Shown piece by piece: positions 28,552 through 38,950 of a stretch of 64,000 bases of DNA. Position 1 is the first letter of the stretch; each line of letters starts with the position of its first letter. The DNA comes from a virus, in IMG/VR virus record IMGVR_UViG_3300021478_000015, positions 1-64,000 of that record; one strand, 5' to 3'. The position numbers and the translations under genes are program-made. Below the pieces are notes generated by a model. That model did no database searches, had not been told where the DNA came from, and worked only from the letters and a program-made list of their open reading frames with translations.

Positions 28552-28852
28552 GTCCAGCCTGGGCCGCACAGAGGAGGTGGCGACCCAGGCTGTGACTCCA
28601 GGGACGGGCCGGGTGGGGAAGGGGGGATTCCTGCCCGGCTCGTCGTAACCCCTTCGGAGCCCTCAACTTTAGCAGCCTTCAAATGGCGTTCAGGTGAACC
28701 CTGTCTGACTGGCACTGAGACAGGATGTGTACTTGCGGTCATCGCTTGGAGCGGTATTGTTGGGTCCGACAGTGCTCTAAGGGGCGCTGTGTCTTCGTTA
28801 CAGAAGGCCCCCGATGGTCAGGCCAGAGAGAGGCAGCGCTCAGTGATCTAGG

Positions 28853-29230
28853 TTGGGGTCTCATGATGGCGAGGAGCTAGACGGCTGGTCTGTCAGTGTG
28901 TTGCGTGAGCTTTTCCGCAACCTGCAGGCCTTTAGGGCTCACGTAGAGTCCGGTGGCTCCGAGGACCTCATCTGGCGGGGGCATGAGTACAGCTATTGGG
29001 ACTTAGAGCGTATTTACGTCTATTCTCAGGTAACATTACCCAGACGACAACACCAGGCCATCTTCCTGTGTCTATATCAGAACGTCCTGGAGAAGAGAGC
29101 CGCCGAGATCATGGGCGTCTCACCTACGAATCCGGTTGCGATGTATGCAACAAAGGGGCTTGAGAAGTTGATATCCGATCTTCGGGCGGGGAGGATACCA
29201 AGCGTTCGTATCGATCTGAGGGCTGGATAA
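28853..29230 (+). CDS. sigma70 region-4-like HTH protein
   Basis: LPRRQHQAIFL..EKRAAEIMGVS..GLEKL. Confidence 0.7.
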   Translation: MGSHDGEELDGWSVSVLRELFRNLQAFRAHVESGGSEDLIWRGHEYSYWDLERIYVYSQVTLPRRQHQAIFLCLYQNVLEKRAAEIMGVSPTNPVAMYATKGLEKLISDLRAGRIPSVRIDLRAG

Positions 29231-29231
29231 T

Positions 29232-29552
29232 ATGACGATGCATTATGGCACTCATCGGATATTAGAAGACGAAGCAAACCGCATACTCAAGGAGTCACTC
29301 CGCGGTGTGACTCGCTATCAGGACAAGGCTGACATCCTCACTCCCTGGAAGGAGAAGATGCGGTCGCAACGGGAGATCCTGACCTCGTCGGGATTCCCGG
29401 AGCCGTCCTTACGCCAGGGCATGTTCAACCGGAGGCACAATCCGGCCCGACCGGATCTGAACTCCAGGGATGGCATAGCCCAGACCCGTGGAAGAGGACT
29501 AGAAAGGCTGCAGACCTTCGTTCAGGAATACGGAGCGGTGATAGACGAATGA
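29232..29552 (+). CDS. hypothetical protein
   Basis: Operon ORF. Confidence 0.65.
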   Translation: MTMHYGTHRILEDEANRILKESLRGVTRYQDKADILTPWKEKMRSQREILTSSGFPEPSLRQGMFNRRHNPARPDLNSRDGIAQTRGRGLERLQTFVQEYGAVIDE

Positions 29553-30277
29553 CCGATCGGCAGCCTCCTCAGCACACCTCGGTGGTGTACCGCGTCGGCG
29601 GTACCGACTATCCCATGCGGGTGGTGGGGCGCTGCCAGACCTGTCGGTCCATCCACCGGCCGGAGATCGAGAACCTCATCCTGATGGGCTACTCCTGGTC
29701 CACCATCTCCGAGCACCTGCCGGGTACATCCCGGTTGTCCTCGGACAGCATCAGGTGGCACTACGACCAGGGCCACATGCCTTTGCCGGAGTCCTTGCGT
29801 CGGGCCGTGATCGAGCGCCGGGCCAGGATGCAGCGGCTGTCCTCGGCCGATAACGCCGCGCCCCTCATCGACCCCTGGCTGGTCACCCATGACATCATGC
29901 AGCGGGGCTACGAGCGCATGGTCACCGGCCAGATCGCCCCGGACATGAAGGACACCCTGGCGGCAGCCAAGGCCCTGGTCGAGATCGAGGACCGGACCAA
30001 GGAGACCCAGGCCATCAACGAGGATGCCGTCCTTGCTATCATCGAGGGTGCCCGCTCCTACATGACTCCGGAAGGCTGGATGAAGTTCATGTGGGAGCTA
30101 CGGGAGAATCCAGCTATGAACATGCTGGCCAGAGATGAACCAGCAGAATCCATGGTTCAGACCAGCACACAGACAGCCTTGCCTCCAGTTGGTGATAAGG
30201 CCGATCAGAATAGTAATCGTCAGGCATCTTCTAGGGATGCATTGCCCCCGATCTATGATCATGTCGAGAGGAAATAG
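29549..30277 (+). CDS. Zn-HTH protein, candidate terminase small subunit
   Basis: CQTC..IE..I..GYSWSTISE..SIRWH, then helical region; upstream of TerL. Confidence 0.5.
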   Translation: MTDRQPPQHTSVVYRVGGTDYPMRVVGRCQTCRSIHRPEIENLILMGYSWSTISEHLPGTSRLSSDSIRWHYDQGHMPLPESLRRAVIERRARMQRLSSADNAAPLIDPWLVTHDIMQRGYERMVTGQIAPDMKDTLAAAKALVEIEDRTKETQAINEDAVLAIIEGARSYMTPEGWMKFMWELRENPAMNMLARDEPAESMVQTSTQTALPPVGDKADQNSNRQASSRDALPPIYDHVERK

Positions 30278-30279
30278 CT

Positions 30280-31293
30280 ATGTTTGGTGCCCGTACCTTG
30301 CCAGAGATAACTCTGGAGGAGATCGCTAGTCGCGTCACTCCACCGGAGACCAAACTGCGTTGTACCACTGATGACATACGGGTGCAGTTCGCAGGAACGG
30401 ATCCATCAGTGCGGGTGCGGGTAGGACCGGAGGATCATGTGACGCTTCCTACGGTGGGAGCCCGTGAGGCCTTCGCTCAGTTTCTGACCATCCCTTACGC
30501 CTTCCTCGATCGGGTCAGCGGTGAGATGGCCACCTATATCGTCAATGGATTGCTCGGGGAGATCCATAGTGAAGTGAAGGTTCGTCATGGCGAGCGGGGC
30601 ATTCATGACATCCTGGAGGCCCGGTTGGATCCCATCGAGCCGATCTCGGTGGTGGAGATTGCCGAGTCCATCGTGGGAGCAGAGGCCAATGTCCTGGAAT
30701 GGTGGTGCTCCAACACCGACTTTCGTCTGGACGTAGTGTCCCCCGAAGGTGGTCCGGTTGTCAGGGGCGATCTCACGATCGGTGACATCAGCCATGGCGG
30801 CCTGCGTTACACCCAGGATCTGAAGAAGCACACCATGCCCCAGGTGCAGAAGCTGATCTACCGCCTGGTCTGCACCAACGGCATGGAGATAGCCGACGCC
30901 ACCGCCAAGATGGACGGGCGCGGCTCCAACCATGAAGAGTTCCTCACCTCGTTCGAGATCACCTCCCGGCGGCTCTACAGCGAGGTGGAGGCCGACATCG
31001 ACCACTTCTACCAGCTACGGGGCAAGGACCTTGGAGACGCCTCTCAGGCCGTCCTGCGGGTGGCGGAGGAGCAAGGCCTGCCCGAGCGGGTTACCACCCA
31101 TCTGGTCCGTCTGGTGCCCGACATGATCCCGGCGGAGGGGGCCACCCAGTTCGATCTGGTCAACCTGTTCACCAACGCCGCCCTGGAGCCCGGTGTCCCG
31201 GCTGGCACCCGGCGGCGACTGGAAGCCATCGGGGGCCAGGTGGTGGCGGAGCAGTCCATGCGCTGTCAGACCTGCGCCGCCAAAGTGGGGTAA
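30280..31293 (+). CDS. DUF932-like protein
   Basis: YRLVCTNGM motif, T.FDLVN.FT. Confidence 0.7.
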   Translation: MFGARTLPEITLEEIASRVTPPETKLRCTTDDIRVQFAGTDPSVRVRVGPEDHVTLPTVGAREAFAQFLTIPYAFLDRVSGEMATYIVNGLLGEIHSEVKVRHGERGIHDILEARLDPIEPISVVEIAESIVGAEANVLEWWCSNTDFRLDVVSPEGGPVVRGDLTIGDISHGGLRYTQDLKKHTMPQVQKLIYRLVCTNGMEIADATAKMDGRGSNHEEFLTSFEITSRRLYSEVEADIDHFYQLRGKDLGDASQAVLRVAEEQGLPERVTTHLVRLVPDMIPAEGATQFDLVNLFTNAALEPGVPAGTRRRLEAIGGQVVAEQSMRCQTCAAKVG

Positions 31294-31298
31294 CGGAG

Positions 31299-31655
31299 AT
31301 GTCAACGGTCACCCCGGCCATTGACTTGTACGACAGCGAGGTCCTCCTTATCGAGGGCGTCCTGGCCAAGCTCAATGAGAAGATGGGTCGTCACGTCCAG
31401 ATGGAGGATTTCCGCAGGGAGATCATCGGGCGTTTCGAGGAAATAGGTCTGATCGTCGGCGTCATGGTCTATAGCACCGCGGATGCCGGAGGACTCCCTC
31501 TCGATGACGTGTATGCCTTCGACATCACTATCTCCGATCGTTGTGAGCGCAAGCCGTTTGATTACGATCGGCAGCGTTACGAGGTCATAAACGATGTGGC
31601 TGGTATCGAACCGGAGATGAAAGGCGTGACCATCCCGGTTCCGCAGCAGCCTTAA
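31299..31655 (+). CDS. hypothetical protein
   Basis: GGAG SD, operon ORF. Confidence 0.7.
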   Translation: MSTVTPAIDLYDSEVLLIEGVLAKLNEKMGRHVQMEDFRREIIGRFEEIGLIVGVMVYSTADAGGLPLDDVYAFDITISDRCERKPFDYDRQRYEVINDVAGIEPEMKGVTIPVPQQP

Positions 31656-33707
31656 ATGACCAATGTCCTGACCCCCAGGATCCAGCAGCTAACCGAAGAT
31701 GAGTCGGGTCTGTGGATCCCCGACATCATCGAGTTCACCCTCTCGGACGGCTTCCTCAACCGCAACCTCTACCCCCGCCAGGCCACCGCGCTGAAGGTGG
31801 CCTTCCTGCAGGACGAGCTATTCACCCAGTACGACCATGATGTCATCGGGGAGTGGACCACCTCGTTTGCCGAGACCGAGGACAACGGGATCCAGCCCGA
31901 CATCTACGAGCGCATCCGCATCTGCAAGGAGGAGGGCCGTCCCTGGTTTCGAGAGTGGCTGAACGTCATCGGGCGGCGGGGCTCCAAGGGCTACCTGGGC
32001 GGCATCGGGTCCGCCTATGTGCTGTGGCATTACATCTGTAAAGGCGATCCTCAGGCCTTTTACGGCATCGACCGGGACAAGCGCCTGGCCATGATGGTCT
32101 TCGCCGGGAAGAAGGAGCAGGCCACCGCCAACCAGTGGAAGGATGTCACCGACATCATCAAAGGCGGCCGGTGCTTCGCCCCGTACTTCTCGAAGTCCCT
32201 GGGCGAGAGCCTCACCCTGCGCGCCCCCCATGACAACAAACGGATCAATGCCCGTGAGGACCTCGGCATCTACGAGGACGGCGACATGGCCACGTTTATC
32301 ATCCTGCCCAAGGAGTCCACGCCCATGGCCTCCCGAGGCCCGGCCGTGTTCGCGCTGCTCTTCGATGAGATGGCCCATGTGGTCCGCCAGGTGGCCAAGT
32401 CCGACGCCGCTGAGGTGTACCAATCGGCCTCCCCGGCGCTCGACACCTTCGGGGTGGACGCCTGGATGTACGAGGCCTCCTCTCCCTGGGCCAAGACCGG
32501 TCAGTTCTACGAGAACTGCGTGCAGGCCCTGGCCGTCTCGGATGGCACCGATGGGCTGGAGCCGGGCGAGATCGTCCGGCCCGAGATGCTCATGATCCAG
32601 TTGACCTCATGGGATCCCTACGTGGACTGGGAGCGGGCCGAGCACCTGCCCACCATGAGCCGCACCGAATACGACCACCCTCGCCGTCGCCCGGTGGCGG
32701 ACCGCCCCCACCCTCGCCCATTCAGCTTCTGTTTACCGGCCCAGCGCCGGGCTCAGCAGGTCTACGACCGTCAGCTACAGCGCATCGAGGCCGCCAATCC
32801 TGAGACCTTCGCTGTCGAGCGCCGCTCCAAGTGGGCCGCAGTCCTCGATGCATACCTCAACGAGGATCGTGTCAAAGCTATTTGGCTGCCCTGGCCAGAA
32901 GAGAACCCCCTCAACCTGTACATGCGCGAAGAGGGCAAGCTGGCCGTGCTCTACAAGGCGCACGGGGATCCCTCGAAGTCGGGGGCGAACTTCGGGTTCG
33001 CAGTGGCGCACGTCGTCCGTTACGGGGACGACGAGTTCCCTCACGTTGTCTTTGACTACATCACCCATTGGGAGCCAGCCAGCTTCCCGGAGAATGGTTA
33101 CCAGATTGATTACGATCTCATTGAGAAACGCATCCGCGATTTCATCAATGTCTTCATCCCGACCGAGGTCACCTTCGACCAGGGGTACTCGAACTGGATG
33201 ATATCACGTTTGATCAAGTGGGTCGCCACCCGCAACTTCCCCAAGCGGGTGGCAGTCTTTGAGCGCACCGCCACCGCTCCAGTGAACTGGACCATAGCCG
33301 AGACATTCAAAACGGCCATCGGATTGGGCCTGGTCCATGCTCCGTTTTACGAGCAGGCTCAGGACGAACTCCTTTTCCTGCAAAAGGTGGCCGAGAACAA
33401 GGTCGATCATCCGACATCAGGGCCGGTGCAGACCAAGGACGTTGCTGACTGCATGATGATCCTGGTGCATGCCCTGATCGGAAATGAGATATCCGCCTTC
33501 ATCGGAGAGGCGTTTTCATCGCTGTCACCACGCTTCGCACAACAGGGTGGTTTCCCGACACAAGCCGAACAAGCGGCGGAGGAGACCATGGGCGACCCGG
33601 TGAGTGCGCTGCGGAACTGGGGTGGTCAGCACCGTAGCTTCAGCAGTGGCTATTCCCCTGCCCGAGGACGCTTCAGCGGTAGCTCGATGAGACGGCGGCG
33701 GCGATAA
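31656..33707 (+). CDS. terL: terminase large subunit
   Basis: LYPRQ, GRRGSKG, LLFDE, SSP, nuclease HGDPS, TFDQ, KVDHP..KDVAD. Confidence 0.88.
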   Translation: MTNVLTPRIQQLTEDESGLWIPDIIEFTLSDGFLNRNLYPRQATALKVAFLQDELFTQYDHDVIGEWTTSFAETEDNGIQPDIYERIRICKEEGRPWFREWLNVIGRRGSKGYLGGIGSAYVLWHYICKGDPQAFYGIDRDKRLAMMVFAGKKEQATANQWKDVTDIIKGGRCFAPYFSKSLGESLTLRAPHDNKRINAREDLGIYEDGDMATFIILPKESTPMASRGPAVFALLFDEMAHVVRQVAKSDAAEVYQSASPALDTFGVDAWMYEASSPWAKTGQFYENCVQALAVSDGTDGLEPGEIVRPEMLMIQLTSWDPYVDWERAEHLPTMSRTEYDHPRRRPVADRPHPRPFSFCLPAQRRAQQVYDRQLQRIEAANPETFAVERRSKWAAVLDAYLNEDRVKAIWLPWPEENPLNLYMREEGKLAVLYKAHGDPSKSGANFGFAVAHVVRYGDDEFPHVVFDYITHWEPASFPENGYQIDYDLIEKRIRDFINVFIPTEVTFDQGYSNWMISRLIKWVATRNFPKRVAVFERTATAPVNWTIAETFKTAIGLGLVHAPFYEQAQDELLFLQKVAENKVDHPTSGPVQTKDVADCMMILVHALIGNEISAFIGEAFSSLSPRFAQQGGFPTQAEQAAEETMGDPVSALRNWGGQHRSFSSGYSPARGRFSGSSMRRRRR

Positions 33708-33946
33708 GCGACCACATCAAGCGAGTGGTACGGATCCTGTGCAGGGGGTATTATAGGAGGCATCCTGGTCACCGCCTCTGCGTTTCAGCCTCAGATCTCG
33801 GCCTGACCCGTAGGGTTACAGGATGCGGACAGGGGTCATTCCGATCCCGACAATCCTCCGTCGATCCAGCCCGATGGAGGATTGGACCGCGCCCTTCGAT
33901 CAGGGGGCGAGGCCCTTTATCAAGAAAGCTTATGTATGCTGGTAGC

Positions 33947-34456
33947 ATGACCGCCGTGGTAGAGGCCTCGCCTAACTCCAGTCGAGATTACCTAGTTCAA
34001 AAGAACTGCACCTCCTGCAACCATCCCTACAGCTTCCACGGCAACGGTCGGTCCGGCTGCAAGGCCATGGGCTGCAAGTGTGGGGTCTGGGAGGACGCTG
34101 ATCCCTGGGTCTCCAGGGAGCACTACGCGGCGGTGGTGAGCATGCTGCGGGCCATGGAGGTCTCCTCTCGGCTGGTGACCCAGGGGGAGCGATCCCTGCT
34201 CTATGTGGGTGGCTACACCGAGACTCTGCCTGAGGACCTCCCGGAGGCCCCTGAGGGCTACGTGGCCGTGCCCGGCGAGTGGAAGCCGCCCTTCGCGGTG
34301 TGGGCCAACCACGGCGGATCCTGGGGCTACTCGGTGATCGATGACAACGGCGAGATGACCGACACCGGCTCCGATGTCATGCCCCATGACACCGATCCGG
34401 AGGAGGTGGCCCGGATCGTGGCAACCTGGACCTACCCCTCAGAGGAGACGCCATGA
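33947..34456 (+). CDS. hypothetical protein with N-terminal Cys/His cluster, leaderless
   Basis: TATGCT 6 nt before ATG; C..C.H..H..C..C.C. Confidence 0.7.
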   Translation: MTAVVEASPNSSRDYLVQKNCTSCNHPYSFHGNGRSGCKAMGCKCGVWEDADPWVSREHYAAVVSMLRAMEVSSRLVTQGERSLLYVGGYTETLPEDLPEAPEGYVAVPGEWKPPFAVWANHGGSWGYSVIDDNGEMTDTGSDVMPHDTDPEEVARIVATWTYPSEETP

Positions 34457-34746
34457 CCGCTACCGATCCTGCCTACGCCCCCATCCCCGAGTTGGCCTGC
34501 GTGATCCCAGGCTGCACCAACGTCGCCACCACCCACCTGACCATCATCAGCGCCCCGGACGAGCATGAGCTTCCCCTGTGCGCCACCCACCACCTGGAGT
34601 ACTCTCAGCCCGGTCACCTGAAGCTACTCAAGGAGTTGGCAGGCCTGAGCTTGAGCGGAGTGGTCCAGGTCCATCAGGCTGGGGAGCATATCCCCCAAGC
34701 GGACGAGCCCGGACCCGAGGTGGTCAAGGCCAAGGCTGCCAAGTAG
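34453..34746 (+). CDS. hypothetical Zn-binding protein
   Basis: CVIPGC..LCATHH. Confidence 0.65.
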   Translation: MTATDPAYAPIPELACVIPGCTNVATTHLTIISAPDEHELPLCATHHLEYSQPGHLKLLKELAGLSLSGVVQVHQAGEHIPQADEPGPEVVKAKAAK

Positions 34747-34758
34747 CTATAGGGTTAC

Positions 34759-34787
34759 TTGACAACCAGAAGGGGCTTCGCTAGGGT
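34759..34787 (+). promoter_or_regulatory. SigA-type leaderless promoter
   Basis: TTGACA-17-TAGGGT, GTG 6 nt downstream. Confidence 0.75.
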
Positions 34788-34793
34788 CGTCGC

Positions 34794-35030
34794 GTGCTCG
34801 CGATGCTGCCTCTAGCAAACTCTGACTGGCTGCTTGCCATCCTCGGAATACTGGTGGTAATGCTCCTGGTAGTCATGTTCGTAGTCCTCTACATGCAGAG
34901 CGTGGCTGAACGAGCATATGATGACGGTGATGAAGAGTATGTGCAGTACACCAACGTGAGAGTGCTGGACAAACATCCCTACGACTACAACCAGCTTCCC
35001 CGCCCTTATGACTATGAGGTCGATGGGTGA
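34794..35030 (+). CDS. small single-pass membrane protein
   Basis: N-terminal hydrophobic helix, acidic tail. Confidence 0.7.
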   Translation: MLAMLPLANSDWLLAILGILVVMLLVVMFVVLYMQSVAERAYDDGDEEYVQYTNVRVLDKHPYDYNQLPRPYDYEVDG

Positions 35031-35596
35031 TCCTGGTAGACACTGACATCCGCAAGGCGCTGGCGGCCAGGGTCATCGAGATCGACCCCTACGACGACGC
35101 CTGTCTGCAACCGGCCTCCTACGACATCCACCTGAGCCCGGCCATCCGCCGCCTGGATCCCCGCATCGAGGTCCTCGACCCCAGCCTGGAGCAGCCCTAC
35201 ACCTTCGGGGAGGTCCTCCAGCACTCCTTCGCCCTGCACCCCGGCGAGTTCATCCTGGCCTCCTCGATCGAGCGCATCCGCCTGGATGACTTCATCGTGG
35301 CCCAGCTATCGGGCAAGTCCTCTCTGGCCCGACTCGGCCTGCAGATCGAGGCGGCCGGGTACTTCGACCCCGGTTGGAACGGCCAGGCCACCATGGAACT
35401 GCTCAACATGACCCAGCGGCCCATCCGGCTCTTCCCCGGCATGAAGGTGGCCCAGATGGTCTTCATCCGGGGCTCGAACCGGGCTGAGCGCCCTTACGGC
35501 CATCCCTCCCTGGGCTCCAAGTACCTGGGCCAGCAAGGCCCCACCCCATCTGAGATGTGGCGCGAGGATCCGCCCGAGGTCTTCCCTACAACGTGA
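35027..35596 (+). CDS. dcd: dCTP deaminase
   Basis: LQPASYD, GKSSLARLG, AGYFDPGW.G..TMEL, KY.GQ.GP. Confidence 0.95.
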   Translation: MILVDTDIRKALAARVIEIDPYDDACLQPASYDIHLSPAIRRLDPRIEVLDPSLEQPYTFGEVLQHSFALHPGEFILASSIERIRLDDFIVAQLSGKSSLARLGLQIEAAGYFDPGWNGQATMELLNMTQRPIRLFPGMKVAQMVFIRGSNRAERPYGHPSLGSKYLGQQGPTPSEMWREDPPEVFPTT

Positions 35597-35757
35597 CCGT
35601 CACCTATCAATCCGTGGGCTTCATCCATCAAGACGAACCGGACGGTGTGCGTGCTCATACCGAGGTGCTGGAGTGCAACCGGTGCGGAGCCCTGGTATCG
35701 GCCAACTCGCTGGCCAACCACGACCGTTGGCATGCCGAGACCGTCACACCCTCCTGA
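35593..35757 (+). CDS. small Zn-finger protein
   Basis: CNRCGALV..HDRWH. Confidence 0.65.
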   Translation: MTVTYQSVGFIHQDEPDGVRAHTEVLECNRCGALVSANSLANHDRWHAETVTPS

Positions 35758-35769
35758 CACGATCCGGCC

Positions 35770-36138
35770 ATGGCTCTGTACCTCGTTCATTTCGAGCGCC
35801 CCTACCGGCACGCCTCCCACTACCTGGGCTTCGTGGACACCTCCCGACACCCCCTGGAGGTAGCTCTGGAGTCCCGGCTGGCCTTCCACCGCAAGGGACG
35901 GGGATCGAGGCTCCTGGCTGCCGTCAGCGCCGCTGGGATCGACTGGGAGGTGGTCAGGGTGTGGGAGGAGGGCACCCGCTCCGACGAGCGCCGCCTGAAG
36001 GGCAAGGCCAGCACCCGACTGTGCCCCAACTGCAACCCTCACTGGCAGCGCTGGGGGCAACTGAGTAAAGTGATCGTGCTCGCTCAGGCTGGAGCGGGAG
36101 AAGGGCTGGGATTGTTGTCTCATGACCTGGAGAACTGA
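35770..36138 (+). CDS. GIY-YIG-like small nuclease
   Basis: LYLVHF..HYLG..RL..H..G.G..ERRLK, CPNC. Confidence 0.75.
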   Translation: MALYLVHFERPYRHASHYLGFVDTSRHPLEVALESRLAFHRKGRGSRLLAAVSAAGIDWEVVRVWEEGTRSDERRLKGKASTRLCPNCNPHWQRWGQLSKVIVLAQAGAGEGLGLLSHDLEN

Positions 36139-36376
36139 TGCTGATCAGGCGATTCGTCGGTTGGCTGCCACTGGAGAGCCATTTACCTCTGATGACCTAT
36201 TAGAGATTGTTGGACATCCGGATCAAGGGCATGCTCCTAACAGGCGCAACAATGCTATTGGAACGGTGTTCAGGGATGCATCGCGGTTGAAGTTGATCCA
36301 GATGGTAGGTGTGAAGAACTCTAATCAACCTCATCGTAAGGGCGGGATTATCCGGATCTGGCGAGGCTGTTTTTAA
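36122..36376 (+). CDS. small winged-helix-like protein
   Basis: FTSDDL..IGTVF..IW; similar to the C-terminus of 54899-55471. Confidence 0.65.
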   Translation: MTWRTDADQAIRRLAATGEPFTSDDLLEIVGHPDQGHAPNRRNNAIGTVFRDASRLKLIQMVGVKNSNQPHRKGGIIRIWRGCF

Positions 36377-36427
36377 GCATTCCGTTTTCGGTGTGTGCTG
36401 GACACACTTATAGAGATCAGAGGACGA

Positions 36428-38950
36428 ATGGAACTATCAGATAATGCGCGCCGGATCATGGATCTTCGCTACTCGCGCAAAGACGAGCACGGCAATCCCA
36501 CCGAGACTCCCGAGCAGGTGGTGGCCAGAGTGGCGGCCAACGTGGCCGATGTCACCAACAGGTTCACGGCCATCGGGGATCGCACCACCCGCCAGGAGGT
36601 CTACGAGCGCTATCGGGACCTGCTCGACCAGCGGCTCATGTTCCCCAACAGCCCCACCTGGACCGGGGCCGGGACTCCGCTGGGGCAGTTATCGGCGTGT
36701 TTCGTGCTGCCCATCGAGGATGATCTGGGCCGGGCGCGGGCCGGGATCTACTCCACCCTCAAGGACGCGGTTCTGATCCAGCAGACTGGCGGTGGCAACG
36801 GCTTTGACTTCTCCAGCCTGCGTCCGGCCAACGCCATCGTCTCCAGGTCCATGGGCCGAGCTTCCGGACCGGTGGGCTTCCTGGGCAGCTACGACGCCGT
36901 GTTTGGCACCATCGCTCAGGGTGGATCGCGCCGGGGGGCCAACATGGCCGTCTTGCGTTGTGACCACCCCGACGTGCGCCGGTTCATCAGAGCCAAGATC
37001 GAAGAGGGCAAGATCTCCAACTTCAATATCTCGGTGGCCGTGACCGAGGACTTCATGATCGCCGTCAGCGAAGGCACCGAGTTTGATCTCGTCCATAACG
37101 GCACGGTTTACGAGACCATCAAGGCCGAGGATCTCTTCAGTGAGATCGCTGAGGATGCCTGGAAGTTCGGGGATCCCGGATTGCTGTTCATCGACCGGGC
37201 CAACAAAGACAATCCCTGTCCTATCCGCTACAAGTACGAGGCCACCAACCCCTGCGGAGAGCAATGGCTGCCACCGTATGGGTCATGCAATCTCGGATCA
37301 ATCGCCCTGCAAAGATTCGTCCACTACGGCCAGAACAGCGCTGCTCCGTTCATCCATTGGGATCACCTGGCAGAGGTGATCCATACCTCGGTGGAGTTCC
37401 TGGATGACATCATCGATGCCAACCACTACGTCGAATCGGTACCCGAACTGGCCGACATGGCCAAGAACGAACGCCGTATCGGGCTTGGCTACATGGGGGT
37501 GGCCGACGCCATGGCCATGATGGGCATCCGCTACGGCTCGGCGGACGGCATGGACTTCGTCAGCCAGGTCACCGAGTTCCTGCGCTACCACGCCATGCTG
37601 GCCTCCATCGACCGGGCCAAGGAGCGCGGCCCCTTCCCCTGGATCGAGGGGTCCATCTACGACCCCGGCCTGCTGACCAAGGGCTTCGGGGTCGAGGTCT
37701 CCTCCGACATCGTCACCTGGAAGGCTCCCAGCCCCCTCTCCGGGCACGTCGAGCACGTCAGGGGCTGGGGACGGCCGGTGCTCGACTGGGACGCCCTCAG
37801 CGAGCGCCTGGCCCTGTACGGCATCCGCAACGCCTGCCTGCTGACCTACGCCCCCACCGGCACCATCTCCAACGTGGCCGACTGCGAGGGCTCCGGCATC
37901 GAGTGCTTCTTCGCCCTGGTGTTCGAGCGAAAGGTCATGCAGGAAGGTCAGAACATCAGCTTGCACTACGCCTCCAAACTGTTTGAGCAGGCCCTGATCG
38001 GGGCGGGCTACGTCGATCAGTCGCGTCGCCAGGCCATCATCGAGCAGGTGGCGGCCGAGGGAGGGTCCTGCCAGCGGGTGGGGGATCTGTCCCATGCCAT
38101 CAAGGACGCCTTCGTGGTGGCCGGAGATCTTACCTACGCCGAGCACATCGGCATGCAGGCGGCCGCCCAGGTCTGGGTGGACAACTCCATCTCCAAGACC
38201 ATCAACCTGCCGCACAGCGCCACCCCCGCCGATGTCGGCTTCGCCTACGAACTGGCCCATTCCCTGGGCTGCAAGGGCATCACCGTCTACCGCCAAGGCA
38301 GCCGGTCCCTTGAAGTGTTGTCCGCTTCTCCGGAGGGGAGCGCGGAGGGGTCGAAGAGCCAGGTCGCGCCTGGTCTACTACCCGACGAGGAACGGTCGGG
38401 ACCCTCCGCGTCATCCTCGGGGTGGCCGGTCATCACTCCGCAGCCCATCCCGGTCTCGGCCGCCATCGATGGGTTACCTACCCGGACCTTCCCGGTCACA
38501 ACCGGCTTCGGCACCCTCCAGGTCTACGTCACCGAGCACCCTGACCACCCCGGCCGTCCTTTCGACTGCCGCATCTCAGTCGGCAAGCACGGCTCGGACA
38601 AGAACGCCGATGTGGAGGCCCTGGCCCGCATGATCTCCATCGCCCTGCGCTCCGGGGTGTCGGTGGCGGCCATCTGCGATCAACTCAAGGGCATCGGTGG
38701 CCGGACCGTCAACGGCTTCGGCCCCGGCAAGGTCCTCAGTGTCGCTGACGGGGTCGGCAAGCTCCTGGAGCGTCTCTATCAGCCCAGCCTGCTAGAGGAG
38801 GTCCTGGAGGCTCCTGGAGCCCTCTCCGAGGCCCCTGACCGCGGCCAGACCTGCCCCCGGTGCGGCAACGCCTCCCTGGTCTTCGAGGCCGGGTGCCTGC
38901 ACTGCGATGTACGGTTCGGTGGTTGTGGCGACTTCACTCGGTGCGATTGA
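36428..38950 (+). CDS. nrdJ: class II (B12-dependent) ribonucleotide reductase
   Basis: PNSPT, LSACFV, RRGANM, TNPCGEQ, APTGTIS, SISKTIN, C-terminal Zn ribbon. Confidence 0.95.
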   Translation: MELSDNARRIMDLRYSRKDEHGNPTETPEQVVARVAANVADVTNRFTAIGDRTTRQEVYERYRDLLDQRLMFPNSPTWTGAGTPLGQLSACFVLPIEDDLGRARAGIYSTLKDAVLIQQTGGGNGFDFSSLRPANAIVSRSMGRASGPVGFLGSYDAVFGTIAQGGSRRGANMAVLRCDHPDVRRFIRAKIEEGKISNFNISVAVTEDFMIAVSEGTEFDLVHNGTVYETIKAEDLFSEIAEDAWKFGDPGLLFIDRANKDNPCPIRYKYEATNPCGEQWLPPYGSCNLGSIALQRFVHYGQNSAAPFIHWDHLAEVIHTSVEFLDDIIDANHYVESVPELADMAKNERRIGLGYMGVADAMAMMGIRYGSADGMDFVSQVTEFLRYHAMLASIDRAKERGPFPWIEGSIYDPGLLTKGFGVEVSSDIVTWKAPSPLSGHVEHVRGWGRPVLDWDALSERLALYGIRNACLLTYAPTGTISNVADCEGSGIECFFALVFERKVMQEGQNISLHYASKLFEQALIGAGYVDQSRRQAIIEQVAAEGGSCQRVGDLSHAIKDAFVVAGDLTYAEHIGMQAAAQVWVDNSISKTINLPHSATPADVGFAYELAHSLGCKGITVYRQGSRSLEVLSASPEGSAEGSKSQVAPGLLPDEERSGPSASSSGWPVITPQPIPVSAAIDGLPTRTFPVTTGFGTLQVYVTEHPDHPGRPFDCRISVGKHGSDKNADVEALARMISIALRSGVSVAAICDQLKGIGGRTVNGFGPGKVLSVADGVGKLLERLYQPSLLEEVLEAPGALSEAPDRGQTCPRCGNASLVFEAGCLHCDVRFGGCGDFTRCD

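Noticed and set aside
28774-28792. Isolated CTCTAAG half-sites (also ~7773, ~47098 and the 49405 terminator loop)
   Set aside because: No TGCTAA at N6 spacing and no matching promoter geometry
20273-38950. Inteins or introns in dnaE, recA, terL or nrdJ
   Set aside because: Motif spacing looks continuous; no intein C/S...HN boundaries or homing-endonuclease insert noticed
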